Source: an uncultured Gemmatimonadales bacterium
Lineage (GTDB): Bacteria; Gemmatimonadota; Gemmatimonadetes; Longimicrobiales; RSA9
Assembly: GCA_963816355.1 (NCBI GenBank)
Contig: CAWFKH010000003.1
Location: 128,001-192,000, forward strand
DNA: 64,000 bases
Reading direction: 5' to 3'
The notes under the pieces are model-generated. The model was not told the DNA's origin and did not search any database. It saw nothing but the letters and a program-made list of their open reading frames with translations. This document shows, in pieces, positions 1-15,739 of this stretch. How positions within the stretch are numbered: the stretch's first letter is position 1; each line of letters opens with the position of its first letter. Both the position numbers and the translations under genes were made by a program.

Positions 1-5830
<5,830 letters not shown>

Positions 5831-5930
5831 GTCGTTTTACGTTTCCCCGTCCGCCCGCGTCGGTAGCTACGGAAGACGACACCGGCTCCCCGAACCCGAA
5901 CGGCGGCGATTCGCCGCAGGAGCTAGACCG

Positions 5931-6563
5931 ATGCGCCCGACGAAGCTCGCCGCACCCGTGCTGTTCGTTCTGGCCGTCGCGGCCGGCGGCTGCGACCGGT
6001 CCCCCGCCGGGCCGGCCGACGCCCTGACGGCGGACGAGCTGGCGGCGCTCACCATCGCCGACGAGGAGATCGCCGGCGGCGTCGTCTACGAGGAGATGGG
6101 GCTCTTCGGCCCCGCCGGTGCCCTGGCCCCGGCGGAGACGACCACGCGCAGCCGCGACTTCGACCGCGTCCGCGACTGCCCCGCCGGCGGCACCGTCGAG
6201 ACGCAGGGCACGATCACGCGCAGCGACGACGGCGCGGGCGCCCAGGAGTTCGACGTCGCCGCGTCGCGTACGCGGACCGACTGCGCGCACGCCCGGCGCA
6301 ACGGCGTCACGGTGACGGTGAGTGGCGGCTCCACGATCGAGGCGCACCGCAAGCGCGTGAACGGAGAGCCCGTCGGCAATCAGACGTCCAGCGCCTCCGG
6401 CCACTTCGCGTGGACCCGCACCGACGGTGACGTGTCGCGCAGCGGCGAGTGCGACTTCAGCATCGACGTCGTGCGCAACCCGGACTCACGGATGATGACG
6501 ATCACCGGTACGATCTGCGGGCGCGACATCGACCGCACGGTCGACTGGAAGCGCGGGACCTGA
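5931..6563 (+). CDS. Hypothetical lipoprotein, beta-strand rich
   Basis: Lipobox-like AAGGC after a hydrophobic stretch; AGGAG RBS; CPAGG motif. Confidence 0.7.
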   Translation: MRPTKLAAPVLFVLAVAAGGCDRSPAGPADALTADELAALTIADEEIAGGVVYEEMGLFGPAGALAPAETTTRSRDFDRVRDCPAGGTVETQGTITRSDDGAGAQEFDVAASRTRTDCAHARRNGVTVTVSGGSTIEAHRKRVNGEPVGNQTSSASGHFAWTRTDGDVSRSGECDFSIDVVRNPDSRMMTITGTICGRDIDRTVDWKRGT

Positions 6564-6992
6564 CCTACCGCCGATCCACGCCGCGGGCCGCGCCGCGCCC
6601 CCCCGGCGCGGCGCGGCATTGCCTTCGGGAATCGGCGTGTCCCGCCGCTCGATCGCGATCCGCGCCCGCGCCAGCGCCGCCGACACCCGTTCGAGGTCGT
6701 GCCGTGGCGCGGCGACCAACGCCTCGCTGAGCAGGCCGGTGTCCACGCACGCGTCGAGGATCGCGGCGCACGCGGCGGCGGCGCGCCGCGCGCTGCGGTA
6801 GTCGTGGGCGCGTCGCGCCGGCCGCCGCTCGGCCGCCCCCCGCGCCACCCGCAGCGGCACCGCCAGCGACGCGCGGTGCAGCCGCTCTCCCTCCGGACGG
6901 CCCCGCGGGATCCGCCGCGCCACCGCCTGCACGGCGGCGTTCGCCTCGCGCGCGATGCGGTACGCCTCCAGCCGGTCGTGCTCGAACGCCAT
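6486..6992 (-). CDS. Four-helix-bundle protein (23S rRNA IVS / S23-like family), divergent, with a C-terminal extension
   Basis: MAFEHDRLEAYRIARE...LHRASLAVPLRVARG...ARRAAAACAAILD resembles the family pattern (F.xE.L.VY...QL.RAA.SI..NIAEG...ARGS..EC). Confidence 0.6.
   Translation of the reverse strand: MAFEHDRLEAYRIAREANAAVQAVARRIPRGRPEGERLHRASLAVPLRVARGAAERRPARRAHDYRSARRAAAACAAILDACVDTGLLSEALVAAPRHDLERVSAALARARIAIERRDTPIPEGNAAPRRGGAARPAAWIGGRSGPALPVDRAVDVAPADRTGDRHHP
6587..6617. terminator. 13-bp perfect GC hairpin between convergent genes (possible bidirectional terminator)
   Basis: GCCGCGCCGCGCC-ccccc-GGCGCGGCGCGGC, just after the lipoprotein stop; no clear U-tract. Confidence 0.45.
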
Positions 6993-7179
6993 CGTCGTCT
7001 CGGTGCGGCCGTGTCGCTCCGGAACGGCTCGGCGGCGAGCGCCTGATGCTCGCCGGCGGGGCCGCCTCTCGCGGGTCCAGGATGGGCCGTGGGGTGGGCC
7101 GCCGCCATGGCGGAACCGGCCAGCGAGGTGCGCGCACCGGGCCGCTCCATTAGATTGAGACCATCGAAAGGGGGGCATC

Positions 7180-7425
7180 ATGCCAACCCGGATGGCGTTC
7201 TGCTCGGCGTGCGACCGACTCGTTCCCGTGGCGATGAAGCCGGAGGCGGTGCGGCGAGGCTCGACCGCCGTCGTCGACCCCGCCGACCTCGTCTGCCTCG
7301 ACTACGGCGTCCGCTGTACCGGTGCGCTCTGCCCGCTCTTCTCGACTCCCGCGGACGCCGGCGAGGATCCACCGCGCGTGCCGGCGGGGAATCCGTTGCG
7401 GGCCGCGCGGCCGATCATACCCTAG
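7180..7425 (+). CDS. Small Cys-rich hypothetical protein (possible metal binding)
   Basis: FCSACD and VCLDYGVRCTGALCP; AAGGGGG RBS. Confidence 0.6.
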   Translation: MPTRMAFCSACDRLVPVAMKPEAVRRGSTAVVDPADLVCLDYGVRCTGALCPLFSTPADAGEDPPRVPAGNPLRAARPIIP

Positions 7426-7540
7426 CTGCGTCCATTCCCGCCGCCGTCCGCGCCACGCCCCGGGGCTGGCCCGCACCCTCCGCGCCGTTCTATTATTCAT
7501 CGGACCCTCTCCGGGATGTTCCTCGCTTCCCTCTGAGTCG

Positions 7541-9361
7541 ATGAAAGCCACGGACACCGCCGACCCGCGCTACTACCACCGCGTCGTCGACTGCCAGTGG
7601 GCGTGCCCCGCCCATACGGACGTGCCGGAGTACATCCGGCTGATCGCGCAGGGACGCTACGCGGACGCGTACATGCTGAACCGCGCCTCCAACGTCTTCC
7701 CGGGGATCCTCGGCCGCACCTGCGACCGCCCCTGCGAGCCGGCGTGTCGGCGCGGCCGCATCGACGAGGAGCCGGTCGCGATCTGCCGCCTCAAGCGCGT
7801 CGCCGCCGACCTGAAGGGGGACATCTCCGACCGGCTGCCGAAGGCGCCCGCGGAGCGCAACGGCCGCCGCGTCGCGTGCGTGGGCGCGGGGCCGGCGTCG
7901 CTCACCGTCGCCAACGACCTGCTGCCGCTCGGCTACGAGGTCGTCATCTTCGAGAAGAACGACCGTGCCGGCGGCCTCATGTGGTCGAACATCCCGCAGT
8001 TCCGCCTGCCGCCCGAGGTGCTGCGGGAGGAGATCGGCATGATCGTCGACCTGGGCGCCGACCTGCGCCTCAACGCACCGGTCACCTCGATGCGGGCGCT
8101 GCTCGAGCAGGAGGCGTGGGACGCCGTCTTCATCGGCTCCGGCGCGCCGCGCGGCAAGGAGCTCGAGCTGCCGGGCCGCTGGGACGATCCGGACCACATC
8201 CACATCGGCATCGACTGGCTCGAGTCGGTCGCCTTCGGCCACATCACGGAGATCGAGCCGCGCGTGCTGGTGATCGGCGTCGGCAACACCGCCATGGACT
8301 GCTGCCGTAGCGCGAAGCGGCTCGGCGGCACCGACGTCAAGGTGATGGCGCGCAAGCCTCGGCCGTACTTCAAGGCCTCGCCGTGGGAGCTCGAAGACGC
8401 CGAGGAGGAGGGCGTCGAGATCGTCGAGAACCATTCCCCGTCGCGCTACGTGGTCGAGGACGGCCGCCTCGTCGGCATGGAGTTCGACGTCGTGCGCTGG
8501 CGCGAGGATGCCGGCGGCCGGCTCCGCTCCGAGACGCTCGAGACGGTCGTGATCCCGTGCGACGCCGTGATCCTGGCGATCGGCCAGGAGGCCGCGTTCC
8601 CGTGGATCGAGCGCGACATCGGCATCGACTTCGGCGAGTGGGACATGCCGGTCGTCGACCGCGCGACGTTCCAGACGACGCGCCCCGGCGTCTTCGCGGG
8701 CGGCGACGCCGCGTGGGGCCCCGAGAACATCATCTGGGCGGTCGAGCACGGGCACCAGGCGGCGATCTCGATCCACGCCCACTGCGAGGGAGACCCGGTC
8801 GAGGAGCGGCCGCCGTACGGCATGAACCTGCTCAGCCGCAAGATGGGGCTGCACGAGTGGAGCTACAGCAACGACTACGACGCCGCCGATCGCGCCGCGA
8901 TGCGCCACGTCGACCTGCAGCGCCGCTTCGAGAGCCTCGCGATCGAGGTCGAGCTCGGCTTCGAGATCGAGCAGGCGGTGAAGGAGGTCGAGCGCTGCCT
9001 CAACTGCGATGCGCAGACGGTCTTCACCGATTCGCTCTGCATCGAGTGCGACGCCTGCATCGACGTGTGCCCCCTGAGCTGCCTCACCATCGGCGCCGAT
9101 GGCGACGAGGCGGAGGTGCGCACCCGGCTGAGCGCGCCCGCCACGAATCTCGATCAGCCCCTCTTCGCCTCCGGACCCCTGTTGCAGACCGGCCGCCTGA
9201 TGCTCAAGGACGAAGACCTCTGCATCCACTGCGGCCTCTGCGCAGAGCGCTGCCCCACGGCCGCGTGGGACATGCGCAAGTCCGAGCTGCTCATCCCCTA
9301 CGCCGGTCGACCCGCTCGCTCCGCGCGCCACCGTGACCCCGTACCGGCGTCCGCCGGCTGA
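7541..9361 (+). CDS. FAD/NAD(P)-dependent oxidoreductase, GltD-like, with C-terminal 2x[4Fe-4S] ferredoxin domain
   Basis: CQWACP, GRTCDRPCEPACRR, VGAGPAS, IGVGNTAMD, FAGGD; CIECDACIDVCP and CIHCGLCAERCP. Confidence 0.9.
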   Translation: MKATDTADPRYYHRVVDCQWACPAHTDVPEYIRLIAQGRYADAYMLNRASNVFPGILGRTCDRPCEPACRRGRIDEEPVAICRLKRVAADLKGDISDRLPKAPAERNGRRVACVGAGPASLTVANDLLPLGYEVVIFEKNDRAGGLMWSNIPQFRLPPEVLREEIGMIVDLGADLRLNAPVTSMRALLEQEAWDAVFIGSGAPRGKELELPGRWDDPDHIHIGIDWLESVAFGHITEIEPRVLVIGVGNTAMDCCRSAKRLGGTDVKVMARKPRPYFKASPWELEDAEEEGVEIVENHSPSRYVVEDGRLVGMEFDVVRWREDAGGRLRSETLETVVIPCDAVILAIGQEAAFPWIERDIGIDFGEWDMPVVDRATFQTTRPGVFAGGDAAWGPENIIWAVEHGHQAAISIHAHCEGDPVEERPPYGMNLLSRKMGLHEWSYSNDYDAADRAAMRHVDLQRRFESLAIEVELGFEIEQAVKEVERCLNCDAQTVFTDSLCIECDACIDVCPLSCLTIGADGDEAEVRTRLSAPATNLDQPLFASGPLLQTGRLMLKDEDLCIHCGLCAERCPTAAWDMRKSELLIPYAGRPARSARHRDPVPASAG

Positions 9362-9375
9362 TCGCGGAGACCCGA

Positions 9376-11406
9376 ATGCAGCAGATCCCGACGGAAGCAC
9401 GGGCCAACGGCGGCGGCGCTCGCCTCGCGAACCGGTTCGCCCTGAAGCTCGCGACTGTGAACGGCACCGGCTCGGCGAGCGCCAACTCGCTGCTCATGCA
9501 GGCGATCTTCCGCATGGGCATCCCGGTCTCCGGCAAGAACCTCTTTCCCTCGAACATCCAGGGGCTGCCCACCTGGTACGAGATCCGCGTGAGCGGCCGC
9601 GGCCACACCGCGCGCACCCCGCTCTACGACCTCTTCGTCGCGATGAATCCGGCGACGTACGCGCGCGACATCGCCGAACTCGTGCCCGGCGGCTGGCTGC
9701 TCCACGACTCGACCTGGCCGCGCGCGTCCGCCCTGCAGCGACACGACATCCACTACCTCGGCGTGCCCCTCGCGGGACTCTGCAACGAGCGCTTCGACGG
9801 CGCCCGCGAGCGCATCCTGATGAAGAACATCGCCTACGTCGGCGCGCTCGTGGCGCTGCTCGACCTCGACATGCAGGTGGTCGAGGGGCTGCTGCAGGAG
9901 ACCTTCGCGCGCAAGAAGGCGCTGCTCGACTCGAACTTCACCGCCATCCGGCTCGGCTACGACTACGCGCGCGAGCACTTCGAGTGCCCGCTGCCGATCC
10001 GGCTCGAGGCGATGGACGCCACGCGCGACCACATCCTGATCGACGGCAACACCGCCGCCGCCCTCGGCTGCGTATGGGCCGGCGCCACCGTCGCCGCGTG
10101 GTACCCGATCACCCCCTCCACCTCCCTCGTCGAGGCGTTCTCCGGCTTTTGCCGCAAGTACCGCCGCGACGACGACGGCCGCGCGCGCTACGCCATCCTC
10201 CAGGCCGAGGACGAGCTCGCCGCCGCCGGCATGGTGATCGGCGCGAGCTGGAACGGCGCCCGCGCCTTCACCGCCACCAGCGGGCCCGGCATCTCGCTCA
10301 TGGGCGAGTTCATCGGCCTCGCCTACTACGCCGAGATCCCCGCCGTCTTCTTCGACATCCAGCGCACCGGCCCCTCCACCGGGATGCCGACGCGCACGCA
10401 GCAGGGCGACCTGAGCAGCGTCGTCTACGCCTCGCACGGCGACACCAAACACATCGCGCTCTTCCCCGCCGACCCGAAGGAGTGCTTCGACTTCGCCGTC
10501 GCCGCCTTCGACCTCGCCGAGCGCTTCCAGACGCCCGTCTTCGTCGTCTCCGACCTCGACATCGGCATGAACGACTGGGTCGTGCCGCGCTTCGCCTGGG
10601 ACGACGCCTACCGCCCCGATCGCGGCAAGGTGCTCGACGCCGACGCGCTCGAGAAGATCGACAAGTTCTACCGCTACCTCGACAGCGACGGCGACGGCGT
10701 GCCGTACCGCACGCTCCCGGGAACGCACCCGAAGGGAGCCTACTTCACCCGCGGCTCCGGACACGACCGCTTCGGCCGCTACACCGAGGACGCCGAAGCC
10801 TACACGGACGTCGTCGACCGCCTGCTCCGCAAGCTGGAGACGGCCGCCGCGCACGTGCCCGCGCCCGAGGTCGTCCCCGCCGGTGCGGGCGTCGTCGGCC
10901 TCGACGCCGCCGCCGCGCGCCCCGCCTCCGGCAACGGGGACGCGGCGCAGCTCGCGGCCCCGATCGGCATCCTCACGCTCGGCGGCTGCCGCGCCGCGGT
11001 CCTCGAGGCGCAGGAGATCCTCGCGGAAGCCGGCATCGACGCGGACGTGCTCCGCATCCGCGCGTTCCCCTTCGCCGCCGAGGTCGCCGCCTTCTGCGAC
11101 GCGCACGAGCGCTGCTTCGTGGTCGAGCAGAACCGCGATGCGCAGCTGCGTTCGCTCCTCGTGCTCGAGGCGGGCGTGCCGCAGAGCCGGCTGGTCTCGA
11201 TCCGCCGCTACGGCGGCCTGCCGCTGAGCGCGGTGTCGGTCGTCGAGGACGTCGTCGCCGTGCTCGCGGTGCCGCCGGACGCGGTGCCGTTCCTGCGGTG
11301 GCGAGCGGGCGATCCCGCGCACGAGGGCGCGCCGCCGGAGCCTGGCGTGCCCTCGACGGAGGAGCGCATGGCCCGCGGAGGCCGCGTGAAGGGAGAGCGC
11401 GCATGA
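9376..11406 (+). CDS. korA: 2-oxoacid:acceptor oxidoreductase, alpha subunit (gamma-alpha fusion)
   Basis: YPITPST, QAEDELAA, TATSGPGISLM, QRTGPSTGMPT motifs. Confidence 0.9.
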   Translation: MQQIPTEARANGGGARLANRFALKLATVNGTGSASANSLLMQAIFRMGIPVSGKNLFPSNIQGLPTWYEIRVSGRGHTARTPLYDLFVAMNPATYARDIAELVPGGWLLHDSTWPRASALQRHDIHYLGVPLAGLCNERFDGARERILMKNIAYVGALVALLDLDMQVVEGLLQETFARKKALLDSNFTAIRLGYDYAREHFECPLPIRLEAMDATRDHILIDGNTAAALGCVWAGATVAAWYPITPSTSLVEAFSGFCRKYRRDDDGRARYAILQAEDELAAAGMVIGASWNGARAFTATSGPGISLMGEFIGLAYYAEIPAVFFDIQRTGPSTGMPTRTQQGDLSSVVYASHGDTKHIALFPADPKECFDFAVAAFDLAERFQTPVFVVSDLDIGMNDWVVPRFAWDDAYRPDRGKVLDADALEKIDKFYRYLDSDGDGVPYRTLPGTHPKGAYFTRGSGHDRFGRYTEDAEAYTDVVDRLLRKLETAAAHVPAPEVVPAGAGVVGLDAAAARPASGNGDAAQLAAPIGILTLGGCRAAVLEAQEILAEAGIDADVLRIRAFPFAAEVAAFCDAHERCFVVEQNRDAQLRSLLVLEAGVPQSRLVSIRRYGGLPLSAVSVVEDVVAVLAVPPDAVPFLRWRAGDPAHEGAPPEPGVPSTEERMARGGRVKGERA

Positions 11407-12458
11407 CCTACATCGCCAAGCCCCGCGTCCACCACCCGGGCCTGCAGAAGAACGCGCTCGGCCTCACGCGCCGCGACTACGAGGGCTCGATGTCGACGCT
11501 CTGCGCCGGCTGCGGCCACGACTCCGTCACCGCCGCGATCGTCGAGGCGTTCTGGGAGATGGACGTGCCGCCGCACCGCGTCGCGAAGCTCTCCGGCATC
11601 GGCTGCTCCGCCAAGACGCCCACCTATTTCCTCGGCGGCGCCCACGGCTTCAACGGCGTGCACGGCCGCATGCCCGCGCTCGCGACCGGCGCCGCCGCAG
11701 CGAACCGCGAGCTGCTCTACATCGGCGTCTCCGGCGACGGCGATTCGCTCTCGATCGGCATCGGTCAGCTCTGCCACGCGATCCGTCGCAACGTCGACAT
11801 GCTCTACGTGCTCGAGAACAACGGCGTCTACGGCCTGACGAAGGGGCAGTTCTCCGCCTCGGCCGACGTCGGATCGCGCAGCAAGCGCGGCGAGGTGAAC
11901 CGGCAGCAGCCGATCGACCCGGTGACGCTCGCCTTCAGCCTCGGCGCCACCTTCGTCGCCCGCTCCTTCTCCGGCGACAAGGCGCAGCTCGTGCCGATCC
12001 TCGAGGCGGGCCTCGCCCACCGCGGCTTCGCGCTCGTCGACATCATCTCGCCCTGCGTCACCTTCAACGACCACGAGGGCTCCACCAAGAGCTACCGCTA
12101 CACGCGAGAGCACGAGGTCGAGATCGTGCACGCGGACTTCGTCCCGCTGCGGCGCGAGATCACCACGACGTACGAGCAGGGCGACGTCGCCGACGTCCGC
12201 ATGCACGACGGCAGCGTCGTCCGCTTCCGCAAGGTCGCCCCCGGCTACGATCCGACGGACCGGGAGGGCGCGCTGCGCTTCCTGCGCGAGCGCCAGGCCG
12301 CGGGCGAGGTGCCGACCGGCCTGCTCTACGTCGAGGAGGGCGCGCGCGACATGCACGCGGAGCTCGAGACCGTGGATGCGCCGCTGGCGACGCTGCCGTT
12401 CGAGGATCTCTGCCCCGGCCGGGACGCCCTCCACGCGCTGCTCGACGGCTACCGCTGA
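11403..12458 (+). CDS. korB: 2-oxoacid:ferredoxin oxidoreductase, beta subunit
   Basis: LCAGCGH, SGIGCS, HGR, ThDP motif GDGD...NNGVYGLTKGQ, SPCVTFN; ATGA overlap with korA. Confidence 0.9.
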   Translation: MTYIAKPRVHHPGLQKNALGLTRRDYEGSMSTLCAGCGHDSVTAAIVEAFWEMDVPPHRVAKLSGIGCSAKTPTYFLGGAHGFNGVHGRMPALATGAAAANRELLYIGVSGDGDSLSIGIGQLCHAIRRNVDMLYVLENNGVYGLTKGQFSASADVGSRSKRGEVNRQQPIDPVTLAFSLGATFVARSFSGDKAQLVPILEAGLAHRGFALVDIISPCVTFNDHEGSTKSYRYTREHEVEIVHADFVPLRREITTTYEQGDVADVRMHDGSVVRFRKVAPGYDPTDREGALRFLRERQAAGEVPTGLLYVEEGARDMHAELETVDAPLATLPFEDLCPGRDALHALLDGYR

Positions 12459-14200
12459 TGGAGAGGGCCTCCGAGACCGCGGCCCCCCGGACGCGCTCCG
12501 CCGAAGGAGGCACGAGCGCGTTCCCGGGGCTGCTCGCCCGCATCCTCGAGTCGATCGCGGAGGGGATCACCGTCCACGACGCCGCCGGCCGCGTCGTGTA
12601 CGTGAACCCCGCCGGAGCGCGCGCCTGCGGCTACCAGACGCCCGAGGAGATGCTGCGCGCGCCGCCCGGCGACTTCACCCGCCTCTTCGACATCTTCACG
12701 GCGGACGGCGAGCGGCTTCCGGCGGACATGCTCCCCGGCCGGCGCGCGCTGCGCGGGGAGACGGTGGAGGAGATGCTCATCCGGGTGCACCCGCGCGAAG
12801 GCGGCGCGGATCGCTGGGTCTCCGTCCGTGCCACCGGCCTGGCCGGCGAGGACGAGGGTGATCGCCTCGCGATCAACCTGCTCCGCGACGTCACCCACAG
12901 CATCGAGTCGGAGCGCGCCAACGCGCGTCTGGCGGCGGAGAACGCGCGGCTCTTCCGCGCCGAGCACGCGGCGCGCGCGGCGGCGGAGCGGCTGCAGCGG
13001 CTGACGGAATCGCTGACGGAGGCGACGAGCGCGGACGACGTGGCCCGCATCATCCTCGAGCACGGAGTCGCCGCGCTCGGGGCGTGGGGCGGTGTGCTGG
13101 CTTTGCCGACGGAGGACTCGGCGGCGCTGGAGATCCGGGCTTCCATCGGCTATTCGGAAGAGGCGTGCATGGGTCCGGGCCGCCGCTGGCCGATGGACGC
13201 CGCGATGCCCATCGCGGACGCCACGCGCGACGCCGCGCCGGTCTTCGTCGGCTCGCCCGAGGAGTGGAGCCGCCGCTACGCCCTCGGCTACGTCCCGCGC
13301 ACCGGCCGCAGCGCTGCGTGGGCCGCGGTGCCGATCGTGCCGCACGCCGGTGATGTCGGTGCGCTCCTGTGGACCTTCGACGCGCCGCGCTCCTTCGACG
13401 ACGACGCGCGCTCGCTGATGCTGAGCATCGGCCGCGTCTGCTCGCAGGCGCTCGACCGCGTCCGCTTCCGCGAGGCGGAGCACGCCGCGCGCGCCGCCGC
13501 GGAGGAGGCGAACCGCGCGAAGACCGAGTTCCTCAAGGTGATGTCGCACGAGCTGCGCACACCGCTCAACGCGATCGGCGGCTACGCGGACCTCCTCGAA
13601 AATGGTATCTTCGGCCCCATCACCGAGGGGCAGAGGGAAGCCACGCGCCGCATCCGCGTCAGCGGCCACCACCTGCTCTCGCTCATCAACGATGTCCTCA
13701 ACTTCGCCAAGCTCGAGGCGGGTCGCGTCGCCATCGACGTGCGCGACATCGCGCTCCGCGGCGTGCTCGAGCAGCTCGGCTCGCTCGTCGAGCCGCAGCT
13801 GCGCGCCAAACACCTCCGTTTCAGTTGTGAGGAGTGCGACCCCGATCTCCTGGTGAAGGCGGACCGCGAGAAGCTCCGGCAGGTGGGGGTCAACCTCCTT
13901 TCGAACGCCGTCAAGTTCACGCCGCCCGGCGGCGCGGTCCTGATCGAGTGTCACGTCGAGCCGGACATCGTGCAGCTCCGCTTCCGTGACACCGGCGTCG
14001 GCATCCCGCCCGACCAGCTCGAGCAGATCTTCGAGCCGTTCGTACAGCTCGGGCGCGGCCTCGAAAGCGGACACGAGGGGACGGGTCTCGGGCTCGCCAT
14101 CTCGCGCGATCTCGCCCGCTCCATGGGCGGCGACCTCGCCGCCCACAGTGATGTGGGCGAGGGCAGCGTGTTCACGCTCACGCTGCGACGCGGCGGGTAG
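12458..14200 (+). CDS. PAS-GAF sensor histidine kinase (cytoplasmic)
   Basis: PAS-like start (EGITVHDAAGRVVYVN), GAF region, H-box MSHELRTPLNAI, NLLSNAVKFT, DTGVGI, GTGLGLAI. Confidence 0.9.
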   Translation: MERASETAAPRTRSAEGGTSAFPGLLARILESIAEGITVHDAAGRVVYVNPAGARACGYQTPEEMLRAPPGDFTRLFDIFTADGERLPADMLPGRRALRGETVEEMLIRVHPREGGADRWVSVRATGLAGEDEGDRLAINLLRDVTHSIESERANARLAAENARLFRAEHAARAAAERLQRLTESLTEATSADDVARIILEHGVAALGAWGGVLALPTEDSAALEIRASIGYSEEACMGPGRRWPMDAAMPIADATRDAAPVFVGSPEEWSRRYALGYVPRTGRSAAWAAVPIVPHAGDVGALLWTFDAPRSFDDDARSLMLSIGRVCSQALDRVRFREAEHAARAAAEEANRAKTEFLKVMSHELRTPLNAIGGYADLLENGIFGPITEGQREATRRIRVSGHHLLSLINDVLNFAKLEAGRVAIDVRDIALRGVLEQLGSLVEPQLRAKHLRFSCEECDPDLLVKADREKLRQVGVNLLSNAVKFTPPGGAVLIECHVEPDIVQLRFRDTGVGIPPDQLEQIFEPFVQLGRGLESGHEGTGLGLAISRDLARSMGGDLAAHSDVGEGSVFTLTLRRGG

Positions 14201-14204
14201 CGGC

Positions 14205-15110
14205 GTGGAGGAGATCCGCATCCCCAACTCCGCCACCTACGCGCCGGTCTCGCTTCTCGAGCTCGGGCTCACGGCGCCGCTCCTCTCTCGCTTCCTCCTC
14301 GGAGCCACGCTCCCCGGGCGCCTGCTCCAGACCGCCTCCCTCGCGCTCTACGCGGGCAGCGCGGCCCAGGACTGGGTCGAGCGGCTCGGCGTGCGGCGGC
14401 TCGACTTCACCCGCGTCTTCGGCGTCGACATCCGCCGGCTCCCTCGCGTCTCGCGCGCCGCGCGTGAGCAGGACATCGCCCGCCTCGTCGCCCGCCTCGA
14501 CGAGGCCTACACGCCCGGCAGCATGACGCGGGAAGCGCTCGCCCGCAGCGTCGACGACCGCCTCACCGAGCTCATTGCTCGCCACACCGGCCAGCGCGTC
14601 CTCACCAGCACCGAGGTGCGCTCCTTCTCCCTGACCGGTCTCGTCTTCCCCTTCGCGCTGGGCGCCACCGACATCCTGTCCGGCGACGTCGCGATCCTGC
14701 GCGACCTGGGGCCGTTCGAGCCGCACGTCGTCGCCCACGAGCTGGCGCACCGGAAGGGATACTGGAAGGAGCTGCACGCGCAGCTCCTCGCCTACTACGC
14801 GCTGATCGACTCCGACGAGCCGATCCTCGTCCAGTCCGCCCTCTGCGAGCGCCTGCTCCGGCAGCTCTCGGCACTCTCCGTTCGCGAGCCGCACCGCCTG
14901 CACCGGCGCATCGAGGACCTCGGTCTCCGGCCCGAGCTGCAGCGCTGGTTCCTCGCGCTCCGGCCCGAGCCCGGCCTCCTCGAGGAGGCGATCGCCGCGC
15001 CGCTCAAGGCGGTCTACGACGCCCGCATGCGCCTCACCGGCCAGAACGGCCTCTCCGACTACGACGAAGGCTTCACCGCCGCCCTCATGGCGCGCGAGGG
15101 AGTTGCCTGA
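14205..15110 (+). CDS. Putative zinc-dependent protein with HExxH motif (DUF3810-like)
   Basis: VVAHELAHRKGYWKE motif; GTG start 4 nt after the kinase stop. Confidence 0.6.
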   Translation: MEEIRIPNSATYAPVSLLELGLTAPLLSRFLLGATLPGRLLQTASLALYAGSAAQDWVERLGVRRLDFTRVFGVDIRRLPRVSRAAREQDIARLVARLDEAYTPGSMTREALARSVDDRLTELIARHTGQRVLTSTEVRSFSLTGLVFPFALGATDILSGDVAILRDLGPFEPHVVAHELAHRKGYWKELHAQLLAYYALIDSDEPILVQSALCERLLRQLSALSVREPHRLHRRIEDLGLRPELQRWFLALRPEPGLLEEAIAAPLKAVYDARMRLTGQNGLSDYDEGFTAALMAREGVA

Positions 15111-15130
15111 CCCTTCTCGGGAGATGCACC

Positions 15131-15694
15131 ATGCGAGATCGTCCAGCGCAGCATCGTCCTGCGCCGACCCGTGTTGCACTCGCGGTTCTCCTCGCGGCCA
15201 CCGTGGTCGCCGCGTGCGGCCGCCCAGCGGGAGGCGGCGCGACCGCGGCGGACACGATCGCCGGCGACACCGCTGCGGCCGCGGCCGCGCCCGCCGTCGA
15301 CACCGCCGCGATCGCCTCCCACATCCACGACCTCGACCAGCGCTGGTCGCAAGCGGCCGCGAGACACGACGTCGACGCGTTCACCTCCTTCTACGCCCGC
15401 GACGGGCTCGCGATGCCGCCGGGCGCGGGCACCGCGACGGGACCGGAGGCGATCGCCAACGCGCTCCGCGGCCTGCTCGCCGATACCACGATCGCGCTCC
15501 GCTTCGAGCCGAGGACGCTCCACGTGGGCGCCGCCGGCGACATGGCGTGGGAGCACGGCACGTGGGAGGTCCGGAAGGTCGGCGCCGACGTGCTGGATCA
15601 CGGCAAGTTCGTCGTAGTGTGGAAGAACGTCGACGGCGAATGGAAGGTCGCGGCGGACATCTACAACAGCGATCAGCCGGCGAACGGGCGCTGA
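15131..15694 (+). CDS. NTF2/SnoaL-like (DUF4440) lipoprotein
   Basis: VVAAC lipobox; GDMAWEHG and GKFVVVWKNVDGEWKVAAD. Confidence 0.8.
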   Translation: MRDRPAQHRPAPTRVALAVLLAATVVAACGRPAGGGATAADTIAGDTAAAAAAPAVDTAAIASHIHDLDQRWSQAAARHDVDAFTSFYARDGLAMPPGAGTATGPEAIANALRGLLADTTIALRFEPRTLHVGAAGDMAWEHGTWEVRKVGADVLDHGKFVVVWKNVDGEWKVAADIYNSDQPANGR

Positions 15695-15739
15695 GCGGAC
15701 CGCCTGCCATCTCTGATCCCGAGTGAGGAGAGAAGTCCG

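Noticed and set aside
5831..5930. Possible riboswitch upstream of the lipoprotein gene
   Set aside because: Only a short hairpin (GCGGCGA-t-TCGCCGC) and a CCGAACCCG fragment; not enough to support a call
6486..6992. Avd-like accessory gene of a diversity-generating retroelement
   Set aside because: No reverse transcriptase and no TR/VR repeat pair seen in the window
9333..11402. Apparent long N-terminal extensions in the ORF track (korB 9333, response regulator 30405, cytochromes 35075 and 36787, SDR 50234, CsbD-like 48966)
   Set aside because: Extensions are off-frame readings of the upstream genes; real starts sit at stop/start overlaps or after an RBS
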